Shown here: one piece after another, positions 29,119-39,441 of the stretch | How positions within the stretch are numbered: the first letter of the stretch is position 1 | Layout: every line of letters starts with the position of its first letter | DNA from: Clostridia bacterium | Lineage (GTDB): Bacteria; Bacillota; Clostridia; UMGS1883 | Assembly (NCBI GenBank): GCA_051866635.1 | Contig: JBJDXJ010000026.1 | Span: forward strand, 1 to 64,000 | Direction: 5' to 3' | Length of the DNA stretch: 64,000 nt | The notes under the pieces: generated by a model | What the model was told of the DNA's origin: nothing | Seen by the model: the letters and a program-made list of their open reading frames with translations, nothing else | Database searches by the model: none | Program-made: the position numbers and the translations under genes

Positions 29119-30630
29119 TCACAGGTTTAAAAATTTATTCTTACTGTCAGTAAGAGCATCTTTTATCATCTGTTCTGTTTCGCCGTCAATATCCTTAGTT
29201 TCATTGATTTTCTCAATAATCTTAGGGAAATTGTTTGTAACATTTTCAAAAAGGAACTGTTCAAATTCGCTTACACGGTTAACTTCAATATCCTTTAGAT
29301 AATCGTTTACACAAGCGTAAATAATAACTACCTGCAGTTCAACCGGAACAGGCTTATTTCTTCCCTGCTTTAGAACTTCAACAATTCTTTCACCTTGGGC
29401 AAGACGCATTTTTGTATCTTCGTCAAGGTCCGAGCCGAACTGTGCAAAGGATGCCAATTCACGATACTGTGAATACATAAGTTTAAGCTTACCGGCAACC
29501 TTCTTCATAGCCTTAATCTGTGCACTGCCGCCAACACGGCTTACACTGATACCGGGGTTTACTGCCGGCATAATACCGGAATGGAAAAGCTCAGTTTCAA
29601 GGAAAATCTGACCGTCTGTAATACTTATTACATTGGTTGGAATATAAGCACTTACATCCCCTGCCTGTGTTTCAATAATGGGAAGCGCAGTAAGTGAACC
29701 GCCACCACATTCGGGTGCAAGACGGGCAGCCCTTTCCAAAAGTCTTGAATGAAGATAGAATACATCACCGGGATACGCTTCTCTTCCCGGGGGACGACGT
29801 ATAAGAAGGCTCATTGCTCTGTATGCAACAGCGTGTTTTGATAAATCATCATAAATAATAAGTGCATCCTTACCCTGATACATAAAATGTTCGCCCATAC
29901 TGCAACCTGCATAAGGCGCAATATACTGCAGGGGTGCACTGTCACTTGCAGTGGCACTTACAACGATTGTATAATCCATAGCACCGTTCTTTTCAAGTGT
30001 TTCAACGATTTGTGCCACGGTAGATTTTTTCTGTCCTATAGCAACGTAAATACAGATAACGTCCTTACCCTTCTGGTTAATGATTGTATCTGTGGCAATA
30101 ACTGTTTTACCTGTCTGCCTATCGCCAACAATAAGTTCACGCTGACCTCGGCCGATGGGAATCATGGAGTCAATAGCCTTAATACCTGTCTGAAGGGGTA
30201 CGGAAACGGACTTACGTTCAATAATACCTGCCGCACGCATTTCGATAGGGCGGTATTCGGTGTACTTTATTTCACCTTTACCATCAATAGGGTTACCCAA
30301 GGCATCAACAACTCTGCCTATAAGGGCATCGCCCACACCTACTTCAACAACTCTGCCTGTTCTTTTAACAATACTGCCTTCTTTAATACCGGCATCACTA
30401 CCCAAAATACAAAGGCTGACAGTGCCTTCGTTAAGGTTTAAAGCCATTGCCTTTTCACCGTTTTCAAACTCAACCAGTTCGTTTGACATACAGTTTTCAA
30501 GACCTGTTGCAGTGGCAATACCGTCACCTACTTCGATAATACGTCCTGTTTCTGTTTCCTTTGTTTTATCGGAGTAGTTCTTTATCTGTTCTTTTATGAT
30601 GCTTGCAATTTCATCTGAATTAAGTCGCAA
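29119..30630 (-). CDS. atpA: F1 ATP synthase alpha
   Basis: [18 protein letters not shown]; TTG start at 30630 with a GGAG RBS. Confidence 0.97.
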   Translation of the reverse strand: MRLNSDEIASIIKEQIKNYSDKTKETETGRIIEVGDGIATATGLENCMSNELVEFENGEKAMALNLNEGTVSLCILGSDAGIKEGSIVKRTGRVVEVGVGDALIGRVVDALGNPIDGKGEIKYTEYRPIEMRAAGIIERKSVSVPLQTGIKAIDSMIPIGRGQRELIVGDRQTGKTVIATDTIINQKGKDVICIYVAIGQKKSTVAQIVETLEKNGAMDYTIVVSATASDSAPLQYIAPYAGCSMGEHFMYQGKDALIIYDDLSKHAVAYRAMSLLIRRPPGREAYPGDVFYLHSRLLERAARLAPECGGGSLTALPIIETQAGDVSAYIPTNVISITDGQIFLETELFHSGIMPAVNPGISVSRVGGSAQIKAMKKVAGKLKLMYSQYRELASFAQFGSDLDEDTKMRLAQGERIVEVLKQGRNKPVPVELQVVIIYACVNDYLKDIEVNRVSEFEQFLFENVTNNFPKIIEKINETKDIDGETEQMIKDALTDSKNKFLNL

Positions 30631-30647
30631 ATCAATCACTCCAATAG

Positions 30648-31181
30648 TTAATTTTTACTGATATGTCTTTCAATAGATAGCAATTTACTCTTAACAGAAG
30701 CATCTATGCCGGAGTTATCGGTTTCAATAATAATACCACCGATAATATCCTCACGAACTTCAAATTTTGCGTTAACTGTTTTTTGGGAAGACATACTTAT
30801 TTTTCGGATAATTTCCTTTTGCTTCTCTTCGCTTAAAGGTATTGCCGTAACAATTGTTGCATTTTCAATATTATTATCCTTTAAATATTGTTTTTCATAT
30901 TCCTTTATACATGGAATAGCTATATCAAAAATCCTTTTCTTTGCAAGGATTTTCAAAAAATTCATGGCATAATCATGAATTTGTCCCGAAAAAGCTTTTT
31001 CAAGTAAAGCTACTCTTTCCTCGCCTGTTAAAGCGGCAGAAGACATAAGAGACACATATTCCTTGTTTTCTTCTAAAACTTTTTCAACAACTTTCAAGCT
31101 GTCATATACATCCTTTGTACAATTTTCCTCGTTTGCACAATCGTACAAAGATGATGAATACAGCACAACTCTCTCATTCAT
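30648..31181 (-). CDS. atpH: F1 ATP synthase delta
   Basis: Position in the operon; TAIPL...IIGGIII...IDASV C-terminus. Confidence 0.9.
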   Translation of the reverse strand: MNERVVLYSSSLYDCANEENCTKDVYDSLKVVEKVLEENKEYVSLMSSAALTGEERVALLEKAFSGQIHDYAMNFLKILAKKRIFDIAIPCIKEYEKQYLKDNNIENATIVTAIPLSEEKQKEIIRKISMSSQKTVNAKFEVREDIIGGIIIETDNSGIDASVKSKLLSIERHISKN

Positions 31182-31677
31182 TTGAAGCACCTAACCCTTC
31201 CAGGGCACTTTCAATCAGTTCATGATGCTTCTTTTCGTCAATATCCTTTTTAATAATTTTTTCTGCAATTTCTACAGCCATTGACGAAATTTCACCCTGA
31301 AGTTCATTAAACGCACTTTCCTTTTGTGCATCTATACTCTTCTGTGCTTTCGTAATCATGTCCTGTGCCTTTTCTTCAGCCTCTTTTACGATAGAGTCTG
31401 AACGCATCTGGGCATTATTAACGGCATCTGAAACTATTCTTCCTGCTTCGCTCTGTGCGTTTGAAAGCTTTTCCTGATAGGAAGTACGCATATCTTCCGC
31501 ATCTTTTTGTGCCGTTTCAGCTTTAGAATAGGAAGAATTTATTTCATCTTCACGCTCTTTCAGCATCTTCTGTATAGGCTTAAAGAAAAGCTTCTTAACA
31601 AGAAGAAATAATATCAGTAAGTTTACCCAGGTGAATATGAGAGTCCATGTATCCAGTGTAACAAACGGTTTTACCAT
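31174..31677 (-). CDS. atpF: Fo subunit b
   Basis: N-terminal TM (NLLILFLLVKK.FFKPI) followed by a coiled coil. Confidence 0.92.
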   Translation of the reverse strand: MVKPFVTLDTWTLIFTWVNLLILFLLVKKLFFKPIQKMLKEREDEINSSYSKAETAQKDAEDMRTSYQEKLSNAQSEAGRIVSDAVNNAQMRSDSIVKEAEEKAQDMITKAQKSIDAQKESAFNELQGEISSMAVEIAEKIIKKDIDEKKHHELIESALEGLGASNE

Positions 31678-31705
31678 GGAATTCACTCCTTATGAATACT
31701 AATTA

Positions 31706-32005
<300 letters not shown>

Positions 32006-32033
32006 TTATATGAAATTTTAATTATATACTTTG

Positions 32034-32759
32034 TCAGTCGCCTGCACCGGAAACGTTAACCATTGTGAGCATTGAAATGATATATGCCTGTAAAAATCCC
32101 GTAAACAGGTCAAAATATATTGATAAAACTGCCGGTATTCCCGCCTGCAGTATAGGCATTGTTGCAATAAAATCAACAGGAATCCATCCCAATATCATAC
32201 TGCTTCCTGCCGCCAGAGCCGCATAAATGAGCTTTGTAATAACAATACCTGCGGCTATATTACCAAAATGACGAAACGCCATAGAAACAGGGTTTGCTAT
32301 TTCACTTATAATATTTATAGGGGTAATTACCGGCACAGGCTCGGTATAACTTTTAAGCCAGCCGCCTACACCGTGAGTGCGGATATTTGTGACAATGACC
32401 ATAACAGTTGTTAAAAGTGCCATTGCCGCTGTTGTGGAAAGGTCACCTGTAACAGCTCTTAAGCCTGTAAGACTTATAAGAGAACCGAACATTGAATAAG
32501 CAAAGAGGGCACATATATATGGTGTAAAGTTTGACCATTTCTCACCCATAACACCTGTTACAAGGTTCATAAGCATATTGTATATTTTTTCTGCCACAAG
32601 CTGTTTTTTTGACGGATTTCTTAAACTTAGATTTCTGGTGAGAATAAAGCAAAGCAAGCTTACAAATAAGACCACAATCCATCCGTTTACAACAGTTTCC
32701 GTGATAGAGATATTGCCTATTTTAAATAAAACTTTAGGTCCTGTTATTTGTATATTCAC
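32034..32759 (-). CDS. atpB: Fo subunit a
   Basis: PVSMAFRHFGNI conserved Arg helix; LQAYI. Confidence 0.93.
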   Translation of the reverse strand: MNIQITGPKVLFKIGNISITETVVNGWIVVLFVSLLCFILTRNLSLRNPSKKQLVAEKIYNMLMNLVTGVMGEKWSNFTPYICALFAYSMFGSLISLTGLRAVTGDLSTTAAMALLTTVMVIVTNIRTHGVGGWLKSYTEPVPVITPINIISEIANPVSMAFRHFGNIAAGIVITKLIYAALAAGSSMILGWIPVDFIATMPILQAGIPAVLSIYFDLFTGFLQAYIISMLTMVNVSGAGD

Positions 32760-33157
32760 GGATTAATCACCTCTTCTTTTCCGTTCTCTTTTGAACGGAT
32801 ATGACCTACAAAACTTATAACAAACCTTTGATAAAAAAGCGGTATAACCGCTGATATCCAATTGAATACGGGGAGCTTTATTGCCACAATTATCATAACA
32901 GCCGCCGCAAGGAGCCTTAAGGTATAGGTCGCCGATACCCTTGCCTGAGCATTTTTAGGATCTTTTTCAACGTTTTTAGAAACGGAAATTGCCAAAGACA
33001 AGAAGCTTAAGGACACAAAGCTACAACCGAGCAGTGCTCCGAAAACAACTTCTTTTGAAAAATATCCTGCTAAAGCAAAAATAAGAACCATGACAATTCC
33101 TAAGATGAAATTGCCAATTGTTACCCGTAACACATCAGTTTGAACGCTTTTTGTCAT
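32756..33157 (-). CDS. atpI: ATP synthase protein I
   Basis: Four TM helices with Y..R motif, immediately upstream of atpB. Confidence 0.75.
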   Translation of the reverse strand: MTKSVQTDVLRVTIGNFILGIVMVLIFALAGYFSKEVVFGALLGCSFVSLSFLSLAISVSKNVEKDPKNAQARVSATYTLRLLAAAVMIIVAIKLPVFNWISAVIPLFYQRFVISFVGHIRSKENGKEEVINP

Positions 33158-33392
33158 CTTCCTTATCCTCCATTTCCTTTTTCACGGTTTTAATAAAAGA
33201 TGCCATTGTTGTAAACGATGCCGCTACGCCTAAAAGCATACCTACAATCACAACCCAAGTACCTGTATTAAAAGTATTATTTATCCAAAGGGCAAATATT
33301 ACGCATAATATGATTGGTGAAACCATGCTTAACCCAAACTGAGTAATCCAAGCTGCCGCACGCATATGCTTATATTTATCTTTATCAGACAT
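33135..33392 (-). CDS. AtpZ/AtpR-like small membrane protein
   Basis: Two TM helices (QFGLSMVSPI...GMLLGVAA); first gene of the atp operon. Confidence 0.75.
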   Translation of the reverse strand: MSDKDKYKHMRAAAWITQFGLSMVSPIILCVIFALWINNTFNTGTWVVIVGMLLGVAASFTTMASFIKTVKKEMEDKEDDKKRSN

Positions 33393-33576
33393 TACAGCCT
33401 CCGTAATTGTTTACTTTCCAGTTATTTTATACCTTTTTTCATTTGTAGTCAATAAAATCTGCTTTGTTTTTATAATTTTTTCACAATTTTCTATTTTCAA
33501 ACCAAAATACCTCCCAAATAAAAATCATTTTTTGTAACAATTTTCACCCGGGAGGTTAATTAAACATAGTATTTAA

Positions 33577-34770
33577 TTATTCTGTCAAAGCCTTTGTGTC
33601 AATGGCAATCATCATTTCCTCGTCTGTGGGAACAACCATTACCTTAACTGTAGAATCAGATGTAGAAACAGTCTTAAGTTCACCTTTGCATTTATTTGCT
33701 TCTTCGTCCATCTTTGCACCCATGTATGTAAAGTTTTTCATAACTTCATTACGTACCCAGCCGTTGTTTTCACCAACACCGCCTGTAAAGATAACAACAT
33801 CAACACCGTTCATTGCGGCAATGTAGCTACCAACAATCTTTCTGATGGAATATGTAAACATATTGTATGCCAAAGTTGCTCTTTCGTTACCGTCCTTGCT
33901 TGCAGCTTCAAGGTCACGGTAGTCGTTGGAAACACCGCTGACACCAAGCATACCACTCTTCTTGTTCATGATTGTGTCAAATTCCTTAGCACTTACGCCA
34001 AGCTTATCAATAAGATATGTAACAATAGCAGGGTCGATATCACCGCAACGTGTACCCATGGGAAGACCTGCAAGAGGTGTAAAGCCCATTGAAGTATCAA
34101 CTACCTTACCGTTTTCAATAGCGGCGATACTGCTACCGTTGCCTAAGTGGCAAGTGATAATCTTAAGAGAGGAAATATCCTTACCTAATACTTCAGCCGC
34201 CTTCTTGGAAACATACTTATGGCTTGTACCGTGGAAACCGTATCTTCTTACCTTGTATGTTTCATAATATTCATAAGGAAGTGCGTACATATAAGCTGTA
34301 GAGGGCATTGTCTGATGGAAAGCTGTATCAAAAACAGCTACGTTAGGTACATTAGGCATTGCCTTTTCGCATGCTTCAATACCGATAATGTTTGCAGGAT
34401 TATGCAAAGGAGCCAATTCACTGCAAGCTTCGATAGATGCCTTAACTTCGGGAGTTATAACAACACTTTCAGAGAAGTTTTCACCACCGTGTACAACTCT
34501 GTGACCTACAGCACCGATTTCGTCCATAGACTTAATAACGCCTGTTTCGGGTGCTACAAGAGCATCAAGCACAAGCTTTATTGCATCAGAATGGTCCTTC
34601 ATTGGTGCCATTGTAGTAATCTTATCACCGTCAGCACGCTTATATTCAAGCTTGCTTCCGTCTATACCGATTCTGTCACAAAGACCCTTTGCCATTACAA
34701 CCTGATTATCCATATCTATAAGCTGATACTTCAAAGAGGAACTACCAGCATTGATAACTAAAATCTTCAT
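33577..34770 (-). CDS. ackA: Acetate kinase
   Basis: INAGSSSLK, GHRVVHGG, APLHNP, YGFHGTSH, HLGNG, TDEE. Confidence 0.97.
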   Translation of the reverse strand: MKILVINAGSSSLKYQLIDMDNQVVMAKGLCDRIGIDGSKLEYKRADGDKITTMAPMKDHSDAIKLVLDALVAPETGVIKSMDEIGAVGHRVVHGGENFSESVVITPEVKASIEACSELAPLHNPANIIGIEACEKAMPNVPNVAVFDTAFHQTMPSTAYMYALPYEYYETYKVRRYGFHGTSHKYVSKKAAEVLGKDISSLKIITCHLGNGSSIAAIENGKVVDTSMGFTPLAGLPMGTRCGDIDPAIVTYLIDKLGVSAKEFDTIMNKKSGMLGVSGVSNDYRDLEAASKDGNERATLAYNMFTYSIRKIVGSYIAAMNGVDVVIFTGGVGENNGWVRNEVMKNFTYMGAKMDEEANKCKGELKTVSTSDSTVKVMVVPTDEEMMIAIDTKALTE

Positions 34771-34795
34771 TTTTATTTATTCCTTTCAAACATAA

Positions 34796-35800
34796 TTAGT
34801 CAAGTGCCTGTGCCTGTACAGAAGTGATAGCAATAACGCCAACAACATCTTCCGCACTGCAACCGCGGGAAAGGTCGTTAACAGGCTTTCTGATACCCTG
34901 AAGGATGGGGCCGTATGCTTCAGCATTTGCAAATCTCTGAACAAGCTTATAACCGATATTACCTGCATTAAGGTCAGGGAATACAAGAACATTCGCCTTG
35001 CCTGCAACAGTGCTTTCGGGGCACTTCAAAGCCGCAACGGAAGGAACGATAGCCGCATCAAGCTGAAGTTCACCGTCAACCTGTAATTCGGGAGCCTTTT
35101 CCTTAACAAGCTTTGTAGCAATCTGCATTTTTTCAACAAGATCGCTCTTTGCTGAACCGTATGTAGAATAGCTGAGCATAGCTACCTTAGGTTCTGCACC
35201 GATAAATGCCTTAAATGTCTTTGCAGAGGAAATAGCAATTTCACTAACCTGTTCTGCATCGGGGTTTTCGTTAAGACCGGAGTCAGCAAAAATAAGGTTA
35301 CCTCCTTCACCGTAAGGACAGTTGGGAACGCACATCATAAAGAATGCACTTACTAATTTTGTTCCGGGTGCAGTCTTAAGAATCTGAAGTGCGGGACGGA
35401 TAACATTTGCAGTAGCATTGCAAGCACCTGCAACCATACCGTCAGCATCTCCCTTATGTACCATCATTACGCCAAAGTAAAGAGGATCCTTCATAAGCTT
35501 TACAGCCATTTCTTCAGTCATACCCTTCGCCTTACGCATTTCAAGAAGAGTCGATGCATAATCGTCAAATTTATCGCTCTGTAAAGGGTCAACAATAGTT
35601 GCCTTAGAAATATCGCAATTTTGCTCATTTGCCATCTTGCAAATTTCATCTTTTTGTCCTAAAATAATAATATCAGCGATTTCTCCGTTTGATGCATCAG
35701 CAGCAGCCTTAACGATTCTCTTGTCAAAACCTTCTGCAAGAACAATCTTTTTCTTGTTCGCCTTTGCCTTTGCAATCATATTGTCTAAAAACTGACTCAT
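34796..35800 (-). CDS. pta: Phosphotransacetylase
   Basis: LSYST.GS, DGELQLDAA, GNIGYK, PVNDLSRG. Confidence 0.96.
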   Translation of the reverse strand: MSQFLDNMIAKAKANKKKIVLAEGFDKRIVKAAADASNGEIADIIILGQKDEICKMANEQNCDISKATIVDPLQSDKFDDYASTLLEMRKAKGMTEEMAVKLMKDPLYFGVMMVHKGDADGMVAGACNATANVIRPALQILKTAPGTKLVSAFFMMCVPNCPYGEGGNLIFADSGLNENPDAEQVSEIAISSAKTFKAFIGAEPKVAMLSYSTYGSAKSDLVEKMQIATKLVKEKAPELQVDGELQLDAAIVPSVAALKCPESTVAGKANVLVFPDLNAGNIGYKLVQRFANAEAYGPILQGIRKPVNDLSRGCSAEDVVGVIAITSVQAQALD

Positions 35801-35895
35801 AACAATACCTCCATATAATAATTATCATATGGGAATATTATACTACTCCAATAACAAACTTTCAACTAATTTTTACAAAAAAGAGTGTGATTTTC

Positions 35896-37026
35896 ATGAA
35901 AATTTGTGCCACAGTTGCAGAATTTAATCCATTTCATAACGGTCATGGCTATCTTGCCGGTGCTTTCAGGGAAGAGTATGACGGCATGATTGCCGTTATG
36001 AGCGGTAACTTCGTCCAAAGAGGTGAGGCAGCCGTATATAACAAGTTTGCACGTGCAAAAGCTGCAATTGCCAACGGTTTTGATTTGGTTATTGAATTAC
36101 CGATTATATATGCTCTTTCTTCGGCAGAGTTTTTTGCAACGGGAGCAATAAAAATTTTAAACAGCACCAATGTTGTTGATTCTTTAGTTTTCGGTTCGGA
36201 GCTTGGTGAAATAGAACCACTTCGGGAAGTGGCTATGTTGGCATTGGACGAAACAAGTGAATTTAAAGATACATTAAAGTTCCATCTTTCTTCCGGAGAG
36301 CCTTATCCCAAAGCGTTGGCAAAAGCATATGCCACAGTAGGGATTGACGAAAAGCTGGTAACCTCACCTAACAACATTTTAGGTATTGAATATATAAAAG
36401 CACTTATTAAAACAAAATCCACCATAACACCTATGACGTTAAGACGTTTCGGCGCTTCTCATGATTCATTTATTGCTTCTAATTCGGTGGCATCTGCATC
36501 ACATATAAGAAGCCTTATAGAAAAGGGCAGTTTTACACAAAACTTTATGCCTACTTTCCCCTACCCCGTCCCGGTATTTGACAAGCAGTTTTCAAATATA
36601 ATCCTTTATGCTTTAAAGTCTGCAAAATTTGAAGACCTTATTAAAATACCTGATTGCAGTAGTGAATTGGCATCAAGATTTCTTTCAGCATCCAAATTGA
36701 CAAACGTAAACGATATTGTTTCCTATGTAAAAACAAAAAACTATACCGAAAGCAGAATAAGACGCATATTGTGGAATTTGGTTTTAAAGAACAATATTTC
36801 ACCATCAACTGACCCTACCTATATCCGTATTCTGGCACAGAATAAACAGGGAAGCAAAATTTTGTCACAGATGAAAGCTGTTTCAACACTTCCCATTGTA
36901 CAGAAAAGTGTTGAGTTAAAGAAAGATAATATATTTATATTGGAATCAACTGCAACCGACATTTATAACATTGCGACAGGTCATCCTTCAGGCGAGGATT
37001 TTCGTCACACACCTGTACAAATGTAG
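35896..37026 (+). CDS. tmcAL: tRNA(Met) cytidine acetate ligase (YlbM family)
   Basis: AEFNPFHNGH, MSGNFVQRGE, PNNILGIEY, SASHIR. Confidence 0.9.
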   Translation: MKICATVAEFNPFHNGHGYLAGAFREEYDGMIAVMSGNFVQRGEAAVYNKFARAKAAIANGFDLVIELPIIYALSSAEFFATGAIKILNSTNVVDSLVFGSELGEIEPLREVAMLALDETSEFKDTLKFHLSSGEPYPKALAKAYATVGIDEKLVTSPNNILGIEYIKALIKTKSTITPMTLRRFGASHDSFIASNSVASASHIRSLIEKGSFTQNFMPTFPYPVPVFDKQFSNIILYALKSAKFEDLIKIPDCSSELASRFLSASKLTNVNDIVSYVKTKNYTESRIRRILWNLVLKNNISPSTDPTYIRILAQNKQGSKILSQMKAVSTLPIVQKSVELKKDNIFILESTATDIYNIATGHPSGEDFRHTPVQM

Positions 37027-37034
37027 TTTTAGGA

Positions 37035-37071
37035 AAATAAAAAGGGTGCGATAAATCGCACCCTTTTATTT
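37035..37071. terminator. Bidirectional terminator tmcAL/hup
   Basis: AAAAGGGTGCGA/TCGCACCCTTTT with A/T tracts on both sides. Confidence 0.8.
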
Positions 37072-37083
37072 ATGAGTAAAAAA

Positions 37084-37356
37084 TTACTTTACTGCATCCT
37101 TAAGAGCCTTACCTGCCTTGAAAGCGGGAGCCTTACAAGCAGCGATTTCGATTGTTTCGCCTGTAGCAGGGTTCTTACCTGTACGAGCAGCTCTTTCTCT
37201 AACTTCGAATGTACCGAAACCAACGAGAGCAACCTTGTCACCGTTCTTAAGTGCTTCTGTTACAGCGTCAACTGTAGCAGCAAGGGCAGCATCAGCATCC
37301 TTCTTAGAAAGGCCTGCCTTAGCAGCAATAGCATTTACTAATTCTGTCTTGTTCAT
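37084..37356 (-). CDS. hup: DNA-binding protein HU
   Basis: [29 protein letters not shown]; GGAGG RBS. Confidence 0.96.
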   Translation of the reverse strand: MNKTELVNAIAAKAGLSKKDADAALAATVDAVTEALKNGDKVALVGFGTFEVRERAARTGKNPATGETIEIAACKAPAFKAGKALKDAVK

Positions 37357-37624
37357 TACATTTTCACCTCCATCATATTGTAGTGCGTCAATATATATCG
37401 CACCCACAGGGCACGATTTAATTTCTGGTCAACGCGACTTCATCGTTATTATAACACAATCAAATTGGGAATTTCAATAGGTTTTTCATAAAATTTATCA
37501 TTTTTTTGAGTTTTTTTGGTATTTATTTTCAACATTTGTTTTATTTATTCCTTTTTCAATATTTTATTGACTTTCTTTTTGTGCTGTGTTACAGTTCATT
37601 TGTGCTTTTTAAGGAGTGATATAT

Positions 37625-39400
37625 ATGCAAGTTAAAGCTGAAGATAGTCTGATAGAAAGTTTTAAGCGAAACAAAAACCACAGTTTAAAAACCTTACTGT
37701 CACTTTATAAGGGCAACTATATAAAAATGTTATTTGCTCTTGTGTTTTTCATTATCAAACGTTCACCGGAATGGGTATTGCCAATTGTTACTGCCAACAT
37801 TATAAATATTGCCACTTCCCCCTCTGAGCATACATTAAATCAGCTTATTTTAAACACTGCAGTAATGGTTTTCTTTATCCTTCAAAACGTACCTACGAAT
37901 TATATATATTTTAGAACATACCGCTATGTAATCCGAAGTGTTGAGTCAAAGCTAAGACAGGCACTTGTGCGGAAAATGCAACAGCTTTCAATCACTTATC
38001 ATAAAGAAATGCAATCAGGAAGATTGCAGTCAAAAATCATGCGTGACGTTGAAGCGGTTGAAACATTATCAACACAATTCTTTATCGGCATGCTGCAAAT
38101 TGTAATGGATTTGGCAGTTGCACTTTTTATAACAGGTACAAAAAATATTGCCGTACTGTTTTTCTTCCTTTTAACTGTTCCCTTTGCTGTTTTGCTTATA
38201 ACTCTTTTCCGTAAACGTATCCGTAAACGTAACAACGAGTTCAGGCGTGAAATGGAAGAAACAAGTGCAATGGTTATGGAAATGGTTGAATTAATTCCCG
38301 TAACCCGTGCACACGGATTGCAGAATTATGAAATACACCGTATGGGTACACAGATGAAAAAGGTTGCTTCAAAGGGTTTAAAGCTTGACGTTATCCAGGA
38401 GCTTTTCGGTTCTATGACATGGGTAACTTTCCAGATTTTCCAGCTTGCCTGCCTATCTTTTACAGGATATTTGGCATTTACAAACAGAATAACTGTTGGC
38501 GAAGTTGTGCTTTACCAAAGCTATTATTCCATAATTGTGCATCAGGTATCCAATTTAGTAGGGCTTCTTCCGTCTATGAGTAAGGGGCTGGAATCTGTCC
38601 GAAGTATCGGTGATGTTCTCTCTGCAATGGATGTTGAAAATAATTCAGGAAAAAAGAACCTCCGTGATATAAAAGGCGATATTGACTTTTCTTCCGTTTC
38701 CTTCACTTATCACAATGCGGAAAGTCCTGTTCTTGACGACTTTTCATTGAAAGTACATCAGGGTGAAACCGTGGCACTTGTAGGTGAAAGCGGTGCAGGT
38801 AAAACTACAATACTTAATCTTATAATGGGCTTTAACCAGCCCACGAAGGGGCTTATTACAATTGACGAAAACGATATAACAAAAATTAATCTTAACTCCC
38901 TCCGCCATCATCTTGCGGTTGTACCCCAGAACACTATTTTGTTTTCAGGCACTTTAAGGGACAATATTACTTATGGAATGGATAATGTAACGGAAGATAA
39001 ACTTAGTGAAGTTTTGGATGCGGCAAACCTTACAGAACTTGTCTCATCCCTCCCCGATGGATTGGACACCATGATTAATGAACACGGTTCTAATCTCTCC
39101 GGCGGACAAAGACAGCGTATCTCCATTGCACGAGCACTTATCCGTGACCCAAAAATTATTATTTTAGACGAAGCCACCAGTGCACTTGACACTATTTCCG
39201 AACGAAAAATACAAGCATCCATCGACACACTTTGCAAAAACCGAACAACATTTATCGTTGCACACCGTCTTTCCACCATACGTAACGCAGACAAAATTGC
39301 CGTTATAGAAAACGGTAAATGTGTTGAACAGGGCTCTTTCGAGGCTCTTTTAGCAAAGAAAGGTAAATTTTATGAACTTAATAAAATGCAGATTGGGTAA
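37625..39400 (+). CDS. ABC exporter, fused permease/ATPase
   Basis: TM domain plus GESGAGKT, LSGGQRQR, LDEATSALD, AHRLSTI. Confidence 0.92.
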   Translation: MQVKAEDSLIESFKRNKNHSLKTLLSLYKGNYIKMLFALVFFIIKRSPEWVLPIVTANIINIATSPSEHTLNQLILNTAVMVFFILQNVPTNYIYFRTYRYVIRSVESKLRQALVRKMQQLSITYHKEMQSGRLQSKIMRDVEAVETLSTQFFIGMLQIVMDLAVALFITGTKNIAVLFFFLLTVPFAVLLITLFRKRIRKRNNEFRREMEETSAMVMEMVELIPVTRAHGLQNYEIHRMGTQMKKVASKGLKLDVIQELFGSMTWVTFQIFQLACLSFTGYLAFTNRITVGEVVLYQSYYSIIVHQVSNLVGLLPSMSKGLESVRSIGDVLSAMDVENNSGKKNLRDIKGDIDFSSVSFTYHNAESPVLDDFSLKVHQGETVALVGESGAGKTTILNLIMGFNQPTKGLITIDENDITKINLNSLRHHLAVVPQNTILFSGTLRDNITYGMDNVTEDKLSEVLDAANLTELVSSLPDGLDTMINEHGSNLSGGQRQRISIARALIRDPKIIILDEATSALDTISERKIQASIDTLCKNRTTFIVAHRLSTIRNADKIAVIENGKCVEQGSFEALLAKKGKFYELNKMQIG

Positions 39401-39440
39401 CAAAAAAGACTTTTGCCGAGGCAAAAGTCTTTTTTGTTAC
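39397..39440. terminator. Bidirectional terminator (perfect 21-bp IR)
   Basis: GTAACAAAAAAGACTTTTGCC-ga-GGCAAAAGTCTTTTTTGTTAC between convergent genes. Confidence 0.8.
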
Positions 39441-39441
39441 T

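Noticed and set aside
33465-33550. Rex operators upstream of the atp operon
   Set aside because: TTTATAA-N4-TTCACAA and TTGTAAC-N4-TTCACCC have several mismatches in very AT-rich DNA, so they are not supportable by eye.
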